From NCBI GenBank assembly GCA_965199755.1, contig CBDASZ010000004.1:1-18977 (forward strand): a DNA stretch of 18,977 bases, in the 5' to 3' direction. Below are positions 10,199 through 18,977 of the stretch, piece after piece. A program made the position numbers and the translations under genes. Source of the stretch: an uncultured candidatus Porisulfidus sp. (lineage in GTDB: Bacteria; Pseudomonadota; Gammaproteobacteria; Poriferisulfidales; Poriferisulfidaceae). Position 1 is the first letter of the stretch. The number at the start of each line of letters is the position of its first letter. The notes beneath the pieces were generated by a model. It was not told the origin of the DNA. It ran no database searches and saw only the letters and a list, made by a program, of their open reading frames with translations.

Positions 10199-11164
10199 TC
10201 AGGCCAGGTAGCGCACCAGCGCAGACCCCCAGGTGAACCCGCCACCGAAGGCCTCCAGCATTAGAATATCCCGGTCGCGGATGCGGCCCTCCCGGATCGC
10301 CGTATCCAGCGCCAGCGGCACCGAGGCCGCCGAGGTGTTGCCGTGGCGATCGACCGTGATCACCACCTGCTCCAGCGACAAGTCAAGTTTGCGGGCGGTC
10401 GCCGCGATAATGCGGAGATTGGCCTGATGCGGCACCAGCCAGTTGACCTCATGGCGGTCCATGCCGTTGGCTTCCAGTGTCTCCTCAACGATCCGCTCAA
10501 GCGTGGTCACCGCCATGCGGAACACTTCGTTGCCCTGCATCTCAATGTACTGGCCGATGTCGCGCTCGCCGTCGCCCGGCGGCACCTGCAACAAATGGTT
10601 GTAACTGCCGTCCGCGTGCAGATGCGTCGACAGAATGCCTGGCTCCTCGCTCTCCTGCAGCACGATGGCACCTGCGCCATCGCCGAATAGCACACAGGTG
10701 GTGCGGTCGGTCCAGTTGACCAGTCGCGACAGCACTTCTGAGCCGATCACCAGCGCCACCCGCGCACCGCCGGTGAGAATGTGACGGTGGGCGATGTCCA
10801 GTCCGTAGACAAAGCCGCTGCAGACCGCCTGCACGTCAAATGCCGGTCCGCCGTGAATGTCGAGCAGGCGCTGCACCTGACAGGCGGTGCTGGGGAATTT
10901 CTGATCAGGCGTGGTGGTCGCCAGCACAATCAGGTCGACCGCGTCGGCCTCGAGACCGGCCATGTCCAGCGCCTCTTGCGCTGCCTGCGCCCCCATGTAA
11001 GCGGTAGTTTCGCCCTTGTGCGGGTCGGCGATGTGGCGCTGCAGAATGCCGGTACGCTCACGGATCCACTGATCAGTGGTGTCGACGAAGTCTTCCAGTT
11101 CCTCGTTGCGCACAATCTGCTCAGGCAGAAAGGAGCCGGTGCCGGAGATTTTCGTGTAGGTCAT
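10199..11164 (-). CDS. fabH: 3-oxoacyl-ACP synthase III
   Basis: AVCSGF catalytic Cys, PHQAN His, GNTSAAS Asn, FGGGFTWG. Confidence 0.97.
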   Translation of the reverse strand: MTYTKISGTGSFLPEQIVRNEELEDFVDTTDQWIRERTGILQRHIADPHKGETTAYMGAQAAQEALDMAGLEADAVDLIVLATTTPDQKFPSTACQVQRLLDIHGGPAFDVQAVCSGFVYGLDIAHRHILTGGARVALVIGSEVLSRLVNWTDRTTCVLFGDGAGAIVLQESEEPGILSTHLHADGSYNHLLQVPPGDGERDIGQYIEMQGNEVFRMAVTTLERIVEETLEANGMDRHEVNWLVPHQANLRIIAATARKLDLSLEQVVITVDRHGNTSAASVPLALDTAIREGRIRDRDILMLEAFGGGFTWGSALVRYLA

Positions 11165-12195
11165 GAGTCTTGTGTCTGGCGGGTGTTCAAAAGCGGCTCG
11201 ATATGTTGCTGAATGTGCGTCGGCACATTGCGCCGCGCCGCCTGTTGGGCAGCGCGAATCGCTTGCGCGAAAGCCGTCGCATCTGCTCCTCCATGACTTT
11301 TGATGACCACGTGACGCAAACCCAGTAGATGTGCACCATCATACTGCCGCGGGTCCACGCGGTGGCGAAAACGGCGCAGCAATGGTGCGGAAGCCAGTAG
11401 CGCCAGACGCGGATACAGGCCGCGTTTGAACTCGCCTTGCAGAAAGCGGCTGAGCATACGGGCCACGCCTTCCGTGGTCTTGAGCGCGATGTTGCCAACA
11501 AAACCGTCACATACCACCACATCCACTTCTCCGCAATAAATGTCGTCGCCCTCGACATACCCAATATAGTTGAGGTCCGTGTCGCGCAACAAGGCATCCG
11601 CCTGTTGCACTTGCCGGTTGCCCTTGATCGCCTCCTGTCCAACATTCAGCAAGCCGATGCGCGGACGCGCAATGCCTTCGAGTTCCGCCGCCAGCACCGA
11701 ACCCATTACCGCGAATTGCAGCAACCGCTCCGCGCGGCAGTCGACGTTGGCCCCCAAATCCAGAATATGCGTGCGTCCGTTCAGCGAGGGCATCGTGGTT
11801 TCAAGGGCCGGACGATCAATGCCGGGGAGCATGCCCACCACCGAATGCGACAGCGCCACCAGTGCGCCGGTATTGCCAGAACTGACAAAGGCTTGCGCCT
11901 GGCCCTGCGCGACCATCTCCAGGCCGCGGCGCATGGAGGAGTCCTGCTTGCCGCGCAGCGCGTTGAGCGGCGACTCGGCCATTTCGATGCGTTCGGAGGC
12001 ATGCTGCACCAGCAGATGCGCATGATCGACCGCGCCCAGCGTCTGCAGGCGCTCGCAAATGAGCGGCTCATCGCCGACCAGTAACAGACGTAGCGAGGCG
12101 TCTTCGTTGATGCAATTGACCGCGGCCGGCAGTACGCTGTCGATCCCGTGATCGCCACCCATCACGTCCAGCGCGATTGTCAGGGGATCGGTCAT
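11161..12195 (-). CDS. plsX: phosphate acyltransferase
   Basis: [37 protein letters not shown]; lies between rpmF and fabH. Confidence 0.97.
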   Translation of the reverse strand: MTDPLTIALDVMGGDHGIDSVLPAAVNCINEDASLRLLLVGDEPLICERLQTLGAVDHAHLLVQHASERIEMAESPLNALRGKQDSSMRRGLEMVAQGQAQAFVSSGNTGALVALSHSVVGMLPGIDRPALETTMPSLNGRTHILDLGANVDCRAERLLQFAVMGSVLAAELEGIARPRIGLLNVGQEAIKGNRQVQQADALLRDTDLNYIGYVEGDDIYCGEVDVVVCDGFVGNIALKTTEGVARMLSRFLQGEFKRGLYPRLALLASAPLLRRFRHRVDPRQYDGAHLLGLRHVVIKSHGGADATAFAQAIRAAQQAARRNVPTHIQQHIEPLLNTRQTQDS

Positions 12196-12229
12196 GCGGG
12201 GAATCCGCAGTCAAGCGGAGCGGCTGTGT

Positions 12230-12439
12230 TCAGCCGTCGGTTTCGGAGTTCTCTTCCGGTTCCGGCTGCTTGATGTCGAAGATCTGGCGACCGCGATAGA
12301 AACCATCGGCGGCGACGTGATGACGCCGGTGCCAGGTCCCGGTGGTGGGATCCTCAGAGAGAGTGGCGCTGCTAATCGCATGGTGCGCACGGCGCATGTC
12401 CCGCTTCGAGCGGCTTTTGCGGCTTTTCTGAACAGCCAT
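12230..12439 (-). CDS. rpmF: 50S ribosomal protein L32 (69 aa, no Zn-binding cysteines, acidic C-terminal tail)
   Basis: [19 protein letters not shown]...HRRHHV..DGFYRGR; start at ATG 12439 inside the longer track ORF, with AGGAAGAG upstream. Confidence 0.95.
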   Translation of the reverse strand: MAVQKSRKSRSKRDMRRAHHAISSATLSEDPTTGTWHRRHHVAADGFYRGRQIFDIKQPEPEENSETDG

Positions 12440-12617
12440 GATGATGCTCTTCCTGTTGCTCTGCCAGCCAGCGCGCCACAGCGCGCCTGTTGCGAGGCTT
12501 GTTGTAAATCGGAATGCTATTGTACGGGATACGGTTGAGGCGCTTGTCACGGTGTGCGGTGTTGGGCGTTATGGGATTTGGCGGATCAGCGGTGCGGGGA
12601 GCCATGTTGCGCATCAT

Positions 12618-12808
12618 GTCACCCACGCGGGTAACGGTGACGGTCTGTGGTGCGCTCCAGGTGGTCGCGGTGAACGTCAGCGCACCAGAGGCCGTGGCGG
12701 CATCCGTGTCATCACTTGATGGCGTGATGGTGACCGGACCGTCGGCTCGGTGTCCAGCACCACCGTGTAGGTGGCGGTGTTGCTTTCTTCCACCTCCAGC
12801 ATCAGGGG
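12618..12808 (-). pseudogene. frameshifted remnant of one Calx-beta/Ig-like surface-adhesin repeat
   Basis: Two frames join as PLMLEVEESNTATYTVVLDTEP(T)/GPVTITPSSDDTDAATASGALTFTATTWSAPQTVTVTRVGD, with a 1-nt frameshift near 12741. TYTVVL and LTFT..W..PQTVTVT are typical of this repeat type. Confidence 0.75.
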
Positions 12809-12865
12809 GGCTATGAGCCGAATAAGCCCCAAATATCAGGCTCAAATCGCCTGCCAGTGCACGCT

Positions 12866-13115
12866 GTTGCTGCCGAAACACAACTCAGGCATCAGAATGC
12901 TCCGACTGTTCGCGGCGGCAACCCGGGTCGGGCAAGCCCGACGGGACTCGCGTTTGAAGTAGCGAAACAGATTGCTGCGGTGCCGCGAGGAGAACCTTCC
13001 TCTAACTGCATGGGCCACAGCGTGAGCCATGTTGGCCGACATTTGCAACTCACAGCGCCAATATAGAAATGCCAAGGATTTCTGCACAACCGGAACACCC
13101 TGATGCCTGAATCTT
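12866..13115 (-). ncRNA. putative IS110-associated structured RNA (bridge/seek-RNA-like) downstream of the recombinase
   Basis: Uninterrupted 24-bp closing helix 13087-13110/12885-12908 (19 Watson-Crick plus 5 G-U pairs, complete only on the minus strand), enclosing two sub-domains; followed by a UUCG hairpin at 12866-12884. Confidence 0.7.
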
Positions 13116-13120
13116 GTAAT

Positions 13121-14293
13121 TTACAAAGGCGTCGTTCCCACCTCCGCATCCCCGCAACGCGGAATTTCGTGGCACACAATATCCCAGACAAAGCCGGTCA
13201 ACTCCCGCGCGATCGCGACGCATACGACCTTCTGACTCTTGCCGGCGTCCAGCAATTCCTGATAGCGTCGACACAGGCGCTGCTGCGCCTTCCAGGCTAC
13301 CGCCTGTGCGTGCGCCGAAGAGCGCGCATCATCCGTCTTTTGCGCCATATAAGCCGTCTGGCGCGCCGGGAAGCGATAGCACCAGCCCGCCTCCACTAGC
13401 ACCCGCCGGGCGTGCTGGTTGCCCGCCTGCGTCACCCCGCCGGTGCGGCGACGCTCACCGGAACTGTAAATGCTCGGCACTAGACCCAAATACCCCATCA
13501 GACGGGTGGGCGACTCAAAGCGCGTCAGATCGCCTAACTCTGACAGCAGCGTGGTGGATGACAACTGATCAAAACCGCGCAAGGCCATCAGGCTGTTCAC
13601 CACCGGGGCCCAAGACCACTCTCCGACCAGCAGGCGCAACTTGCGATCAATTTCCGAAATGCGGGAGTTCGACAGGCGCACCGCCGCAATGTATTCGTCA
13701 CGCGCTTCATTTTGCGCGGCGTATGGAAAGGACAACGATTCCAGCCAGCTGAAGTGCTTGTGCGTCCAGCGTTTGCGGTTGCTCGGCCAGTGATGCCCAT
13801 GACGCAAGGCGAAGGCATTCAGTTGCTGGCGCACAATCTGCCCCTGCATCTTGAAGTCGCTGCGACAACGGCACAAGTCCCGAATCGCCTCCTGCTCCTG
13901 ATCAGGGATCCACACCGGGCGCAATTCACCAGCGCGCAACAGGCGCGCCAGACGCAACGCATCTCTAGGGTCGGTCTTGATGCGGGCGTGCCGCGGCGGC
14001 ACCACCACCTGGCATTCAAAGCCCAGCGCCGTCAGCGTCTTGTATAGCGCATATCCGGTGGGACTCGCCTCATAACAATACAGACACGGCTGCGCCAAGG
14101 CGCTCAACCGCTCGGTCATATCAGTGACCGCCTCGGTGTTATTCGCGATGGTGTCGAAAAATTCCGGCTCCTCGCGCCCCGCCGCCGCGGTCGCCACCGC
14201 AATGCTGTTCTTGTGGACATCCATGCCCACATACAACGCATACTGCTGGAGAGACGATGCGGCCTGCACTTGCGTGCCCTCGCGCGGCGGCAT
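13121..14293 (-). mobile_element. IS110-family DEDD transposase/recombinase (390 aa)
   Basis: YVGMDVHK (D25), CYEASP (E75), IKTDPRDA (D108, D111); C-terminal domain ELGDLTRF...YLGLVPSIYSSG (S278)...GNQHARRVLVEA...VAIAREL. Confidence 0.93.
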
Positions 14294-15120
14294 TAGTCCA
14301 TCGACTGCTTCGCCGCAGAGTCCAGCCGAAGGAGCGTCTCCAGAAGGGCGCGCATGCGCTGCAGAGGCCAGGCATTGGGGCCATCACTGCGCGCTTCGTC
14401 AGGACGCGGATGAGTTTCCATAAACAGCCCCGCCACCCCAACGGCGACAGCCGCACGCGCCAGTGCCGGCACGAATTCACGTTGTCCGCCAGACGCATTG
14501 CCCTGCCCGCCGGGCAGTTGCACCGAATGCGTCGCGTCGAACACGACTGGACAGCCTGTCTCGCGCAGCACCATCAGCGCGCGCATATCAGACACCAGAT
14601 TGTTGTAACCAAAACTCGCACCGCGCTCACACACCATCAGGCGCTCACCACCACCCGCGCGCGCTTTCTCCACCACCGGCAACATCTCCCAGGGCGACAG
14701 AAACTGTCCTTTCTTCAGATTCACCGGACGACCGCTTGCCGCGACCCGCGCAATGAAATCCGTCTGCCTGCACAAGAATGCCGGCGTCTGCAACACATCC
14801 ACCACCGACGCCACCTCATCCACCGGCGTGTCTTCATGCACATCGGTCAGCACCGGCACCGAGAACTGTTCCCGCACTCGCTGCAGGATGCGCAAGCCTT
14901 CCTCAATCCCAGGACCGCGAAAACTTTGGCCGCTGGTTCGGTTCGCCTTGTCAAAAGAGGCCTTGAAAACATAGCGCAGGCTCAACTCTTGAGTCAACTC
15001 ACTCAGGTGTTGTGCGACTTCCATCACCAGCGCCTCATCTTCAATCACGCATGGCCCGGCGATCAGAAACAGCGGCTGCTTGCAGCCGGCCGTGAAGTCA
15101 CAGAACTCAACGGCGCTCAT
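14293..15120 (-). CDS. kdsA: 3-deoxy-8-phosphooctulonate (KDO8P) synthase
   Basis: [42 protein letters not shown]; ATGA overlap with pyrG. Confidence 0.98.
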   Translation of the reverse strand: MSAVEFCDFTAGCKQPLFLIAGPCVIEDEALVMEVAQHLSELTQELSLRYVFKASFDKANRTSGQSFRGPGIEEGLRILQRVREQFSVPVLTDVHEDTPVDEVASVVDVLQTPAFLCRQTDFIARVAASGRPVNLKKGQFLSPWEMLPVVEKARAGGGERLMVCERGASFGYNNLVSDMRALMVLRETGCPVVFDATHSVQLPGGQGNASGGQREFVPALARAAVAVGVAGLFMETHPRPDEARSDGPNAWPLQRMRALLETLLRLDSAAKQSMD

Positions 15121-16736
15121 GCGACCGTCCGCGCCGCCTCAATCAGGCTGTTGAACAGCGGGTGTCCGCGCCGTGGCGTGGAGGTGAACTCCGGGTGGAA
15201 CTGGCAGCCAATAAACCACGGATGATCACGCAACTCAATGGCTTCCACCAGTTGATCGTCGTGTGACCGCCCGACCACCGCCAGACCATTGTCGGTCAGA
15301 CGCGCGACATAGTTCGCGTTGATCTCATAGCGGTGCCGATGCCGTTCGTGAATCAGCGCCCCATCGTAAATCCCGTGCAATTGCGAGCCTTCCTGAAGCA
15401 GGCAAGGCTGCTCGCCCAGACGCATGGTGCCGCCCAGATCCGCGTGTGCGTCGCGAAATTCCCGCTCCCCTTCAGGCGTCATCCATTCGGTGATCAGCGC
15501 CACCACCGGATGCGGCGTGTCGGGATTGAACTCAGTACTGTGCGCGCCCTCAAGACTCAAGCACTGACGCGCGTAATCAATCACCGCGACTTGCATGCCC
15601 AGACAAATGCCAAGGTACGGAATCTTCTTCTCACGCGCGTAACGCGCCGCTAGAATCTTGCCCTCAATGCCGCGCTCGCCAAACCCGCCCGGTACCAGAA
15701 TCACATGCGCACCCTCCAGTTGCGCGACGCCTTCCTGTTCGATCTGCTCGGAATCCACATAGCGAATAGTCACCCGCACCCGATGACACAGCCCGGCGTG
15801 CTGCAGCGCTTCGTTCAGCGACTTGTAGGATTCGGTCAGATTGACGTACTTGCCCACCATTGCCACCACCACCTCGTCTTTTTGCGCCTTACGCGCCGCC
15901 ACCACCGACTGCCATTCAGACAAGTTCGCCGCCGGCAACTCCAGACCGAAACGACGCACCACGATTTCATCGAGGTGCTGCGCGTGCAGCGCCAGCGGAA
16001 TCGCGTGAATGTCATCCTGATTCAGCACTTCGATCACGGACTCAGGCGCGACGTTGGTAAACAGGGCGATCTTGTCGCGCTGCTCTTGCGGAATCGGCAT
16101 ATCGGTGCGACATAGCAAGATGTCCGGCTGAATGCCGATCGAGCGCAACTCCTTGACCGAATGCTGGGTCGGCTTGGTCTTGATCTCGCCCGACACCTGA
16201 ATGTACGGCACCAGCGTCAGATGCAGATAGGCCGCCTGCGTCGGCCCCATCTCCCCGCCCATCTGGCGGATCGCCTCAATAAACGGCTGTGACTCAATAT
16301 CGCCGACGGTGCCGCCGATCTCAACAATGCACACGTCCGCGCCGGCCGCACCCATTTCAACACAGCGTTTGATCTCGTCAGTGACGTGCGGGATCACCTG
16401 CACAGTAGCGCCTTCATAACCGCCCTTGCGCTCACGCGCAATCACCCGCTCATAGATCTGTCCGGTGGTCCAGTTGCTCGCCTTGCTGGCGCGAAAATTA
16501 ACGAAACGTTCGTAATGGCCCAGATCCAGATCAGTCTCGGCCCCGTCCGCAGTGACGAACACCTCACCGTGCTGAAACGGACTCATGGTGCCCGGATCAA
16601 CATTGATGTACGGATCCAGTTTGATCATGGAAACGCTAAGCTCACGCGCCTCCAGAAGCGCGCCGAGCGACGCCGCCGACAAACCCTTGCCCAGCGAAGA
16701 TACCACCCCACCCGTGATGAAAATGTATCGCGTCAT
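15117..16736 (-). CDS. pyrG: CTP synthase
   Basis: [50 protein letters not shown]. Confidence 0.99.
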   Translation of the reverse strand: MTRYIFITGGVVSSLGKGLSAASLGALLEARELSVSMIKLDPYINVDPGTMSPFQHGEVFVTADGAETDLDLGHYERFVNFRASKASNWTTGQIYERVIARERKGGYEGATVQVIPHVTDEIKRCVEMGAAGADVCIVEIGGTVGDIESQPFIEAIRQMGGEMGPTQAAYLHLTLVPYIQVSGEIKTKPTQHSVKELRSIGIQPDILLCRTDMPIPQEQRDKIALFTNVAPESVIEVLNQDDIHAIPLALHAQHLDEIVVRRFGLELPAANLSEWQSVVAARKAQKDEVVVAMVGKYVNLTESYKSLNEALQHAGLCHRVRVTIRYVDSEQIEQEGVAQLEGAHVILVPGGFGERGIEGKILAARYAREKKIPYLGICLGMQVAVIDYARQCLSLEGAHSTEFNPDTPHPVVALITEWMTPEGEREFRDAHADLGGTMRLGEQPCLLQEGSQLHGIYDGALIHERHRHRYEINANYVARLTDNGLAVVGRSHDDQLVEAIELRDHPWFIGCQFHPEFTSTPRRGHPLFNSLIEAARTVA

Positions 16737-16776
16737 GTCGCGGGGATGAAGTTCGCCATGATTAAGACGGAGTAGA

Positions 16777-16803
16777 AGGTTATCACACTCGCATCACCGT
16801 CAA
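16777..16803 (-). promoter_or_regulatory. candidate sigma70 promoter for pyrG-kdsA-(IS110 recombinase)
   Basis: TTGACG (16803-16798), 15-nt spacer ending TGa, TAACCT (16782-16777); spacer is shorter than optimal. Confidence 0.4.
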
Positions 16804-16918
16804 TCGCGCGAGGCGCAGGCGGGAACCCTCTCCGCACGCGCGAAACCGCATCGCCTCCTCTCCTCAAAGTCCCCTCGCTGACCATGTTCCCTGCGCTATG
16901 AAATCGCCCCTGCAGACT

Positions 16919-18193
16919 TCAAGCCGCCCGTGATTCGCATTCGAAATGATCCCACACCAGTCTGAGCTGGTCGTGCCGATAAATCAACGGAATGCGCCCG
17001 CGTTGCCACGGTGGCACGCCGGCTTCCTGCAGCAGTTTCTTCAGCGGCCGATGATGTGCGGCTCCCGCCACCCGACAACGCTCACCGCCCAGACGCAACC
17101 GCACCTCCACATCTCCCGCAGGGACATGCACCATCTGCGTGCGCAATTCATCCCAGCACAGCCGTCTCCCCAGTTCCGGCAATTCCAGCGTCTCGCCACG
17201 CCGCCAGTGCCACACCTGATCGACCTCCACCAGCGGCGCGATGGCGGACACATACAGCCGCCCGCGCCAGCGATGCAGCGTGCAGGTTCCGAACGACTCT
17301 GACGGCACTCGGTCCGCGCCCGCAGTGCGCACCACGCGCCACCAGTGATGCAGCCGCCGTTCGCTCGGCACTTCATGTCCGTGTTGCGCGATCCAGAACC
17401 GCAACAGGTTAAATACACGATCCTCCGACAAGTCCTCCAGAACACGCACGGACATCCCGTCGGAATACGCCAGATCTTCTTGCGCCCGCTCACGCAGCAG
17501 ACGCGCCGCATGCGCCTGATGTCGCGCGGCACGGGACAGGTTCGCAGCAAATGCAGGCCAGCGCTTGCGCAACACCGGCGCGACCTCATGGCGCAGAAAG
17601 TTGCGGTTATAACGCAACTCCTGATTGCTCGGATCCTCAACAAAGGCCAATTCATACCGCGTCGCGTACGCCTCAAGCACCTCGCGAGGAAGATGTAGCA
17701 AAGGTCGCGCCAGTTGCGCCTCACCCCAGTCCCGCACCGACGGCATGGCACCCGCGCCTGCCGGGCCAGCACCGCGCAACATCTGCAGCAGCAGCGTTTC
17801 AGCCTGATCATCCTGGTGATGCGCAAGCAGCACCAGAGCGCCTGCCGTCGCATAATCACGCAGCACCTGATAACGCGCCTCACGGGCCTGCGCCTCCAGA
17901 CTGCTCCCCTTCTCACGCGCCACCGTGCACACCCGCCGTTCCAGTGCAATACCCCACTGCGCGCATACCGCGGCGCAATGCTGCTCGAACTCAGCCGCCG
18001 CATCCTGCACGCCATGATTGACATGCACCGCGCGCAGTTCAATGCCGTGTGTACGCGCCGCGCGAGACGCGGCATGCAACAGCACCGTCGAATCCACGCC
18101 ACCGCTGTACGCGACGCACCACTCCCGCGTATGCGGGGGGCGGATGGCCAAGGCGTTCAGAGCTGCCGCAATCTCACAGTCGCGCATGTTCAC
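16919..18193 (-). CDS. tilS: tRNA(Ile)-lysidine synthetase
   Basis: [10 protein letters not shown]-loop, [49 protein letters not shown]. Confidence 0.96.
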   Translation of the reverse strand: MNMRDCEIAAALNALAIRPPHTREWCVAYSGGVDSTVLLHAASRAARTHGIELRAVHVNHGVQDAAAEFEQHCAAVCAQWGIALERRVCTVAREKGSSLEAQAREARYQVLRDYATAGALVLLAHHQDDQAETLLLQMLRGAGPAGAGAMPSVRDWGEAQLARPLLHLPREVLEAYATRYELAFVEDPSNQELRYNRNFLRHEVAPVLRKRWPAFAANLSRAARHQAHAARLLRERAQEDLAYSDGMSVRVLEDLSEDRVFNLLRFWIAQHGHEVPSERRLHHWWRVVRTAGADRVPSESFGTCTLHRWRGRLYVSAIAPLVEVDQVWHWRRGETLELPELGRRLCWDELRTQMVHVPAGDVEVRLRLGGERCRVAGAAHHRPLKKLLQEAGVPPWQRGRIPLIYRHDQLRLVWDHFECESRAA

Positions 18194-18977
18194 GGCAAAT
18201 ACACGCCAACGCCCAGCAGCCGCTCCTGCCGCTGACGCACCAGCGTCTCAGGAGATAACTCGCCCAACTCGTTCAACCGACGCACCAATGATGCCTGCAG
18301 ACTGGACGCCATCGCCTCCACGTCGCGATGCGCACCACCCAAAGGCTCGTCAACCCGCTCGTCAATCAATTCCAGTTCCTGCAACCGCTCGGACGTCAGA
18401 CCCAGCGTCTCCGCCGCGTCCTTGGCACGCTCCGCACTCTTCCACAAGATCGACGCGCAGCCTTCCGGCGAGATCACCGAATACACGCTGTACTGCAACA
18501 TCATCAGATGATCGCACACCCCGACCGCCAGTGCGCCACCGGAACCACCCTCGCCAATCACCACGCTGACGACCGGCACCTTCAGTCGCGCCATGATCTC
18601 AAGGTTGCTGGCGATCGCCTCACTCTGGCCGCGTTCCTCCGCGCCAATGCCCGGATAGGCCCCCGGCGTGTCAATCAAAGTGACGATCGGCAGGCCCAGA
18701 CGTTCCGCCATTTGCATAACCCGACGCGCCTTACGGTAGCCTTCCGGGCGCGGCATGCCAAAGTTGCGTTCCACTTTCTCGCGCGTGTCACGGCCTTTCT
18801 GATGCCCGACCAGCACCACCGATTGCCCTTCCAGACGCGCCAGCCCGGCCACGATGGCCTGATCATCGGCATACAGACGGTCCCCGTGCAATTCGTGGAA
18901 CTCCTGAAACAGCAGCGGGATGTAATCCAGCGTATACGGGCGCTGCGGATGACGCGCCAGTTGGGTGATCTGCCATG
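18190..18977 (-). CDS. accA: acetyl-CoA carboxylase carboxyltransferase alpha subunit (5'-truncated by window edge)
   Basis: Frame is open to the edge: [18 protein letters not shown]...[37 protein letters not shown]. Confidence 0.98.
   Translation of the reverse strand, partial: WQITQLARHPQRPYTLDYIPLLFQEFHELHGDRLYADDQAIVAGLARLEGQSVVLVGHQKGRDTREKVERNFGMPRPEGYRKARRVMQMAERLGLPIVTLIDTPGAYPGIGAEERGQSEAIASNLEIMARLKVPVVSVVIGEGGSGGALAVGVCDHLMMLQYSVYSVISPEGCASILWKSAERAKDAAETLGLTSERLQELELIDERVDEPLGGAHRDVEAMASSLQASLVRRLNELGELSPETLVRQRQERLLGVGVYLP

Noticed and set aside
12372-12881. 169-aa ORF taken as an intact gene
   Set aside because: Only the central ~40 aa are adhesin-like; the matching N-terminal part lies in another frame and the 3' part overlaps rpmF.
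12810-13115. Identification of the structured region as RNase P, tmRNA, SRP, 6S RNA, a group II intron or a retron msr-msd
   Set aside because: Diagnostic motifs not found (GAAAGUCC, tRNA-like ends, GGAAG-CAGC loop, convincing domain V); it is multibranched rather than rod-like; no reverse transcriptase is nearby.
14257-15225. 322-aa plus-strand ORF
   Set aside because: Antisense shadow of kdsA.
16813-16896. Imperfect inverted repeat between tilS and pyrG
   Set aside because: Short, interrupted arms in GC-rich DNA; could be chance.
17041-18102. 353-aa minus-strand alternative-frame ORF
   Set aside because: Arg/Cys-rich off-frame reading nested in tilS.

Overview
GC-rich gammaproteobacterial-type chromosomal window made mostly of housekeeping genes. 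On + are the 3' end of a coiled-coil/TM protein and glnS. Everything else is on the minus strand: accA(partial)-tilS-pyrG-kdsA, rpmF-plsX-fabH-uvrC-pgsA, rpsO-pnp and gloB. Two accessory segments stand out. (1) An IS110-family DEDD recombinase with intact catalytic residues starts on a TAATG overlap with the kdsA stop, leaving no room for a non-coding left end. It is followed 10 nt later by a ~225-nt strand-specific, highly structured, bridge-RNA-like element and then by a frameshifted Calx-beta/Ig-like adhesin repeat remnant. (2) A compact redox operon encodes an unannotated 59-aa YjdI-type ferredoxin, a divergent GST-fold protein, a 2Fe-2S/FAD/NAD reductase and a 2-TM protein, with a CTGT-N8-ACAG (LexA-type) box upstream. 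All structures were derived by eye; no folding or database search was run.
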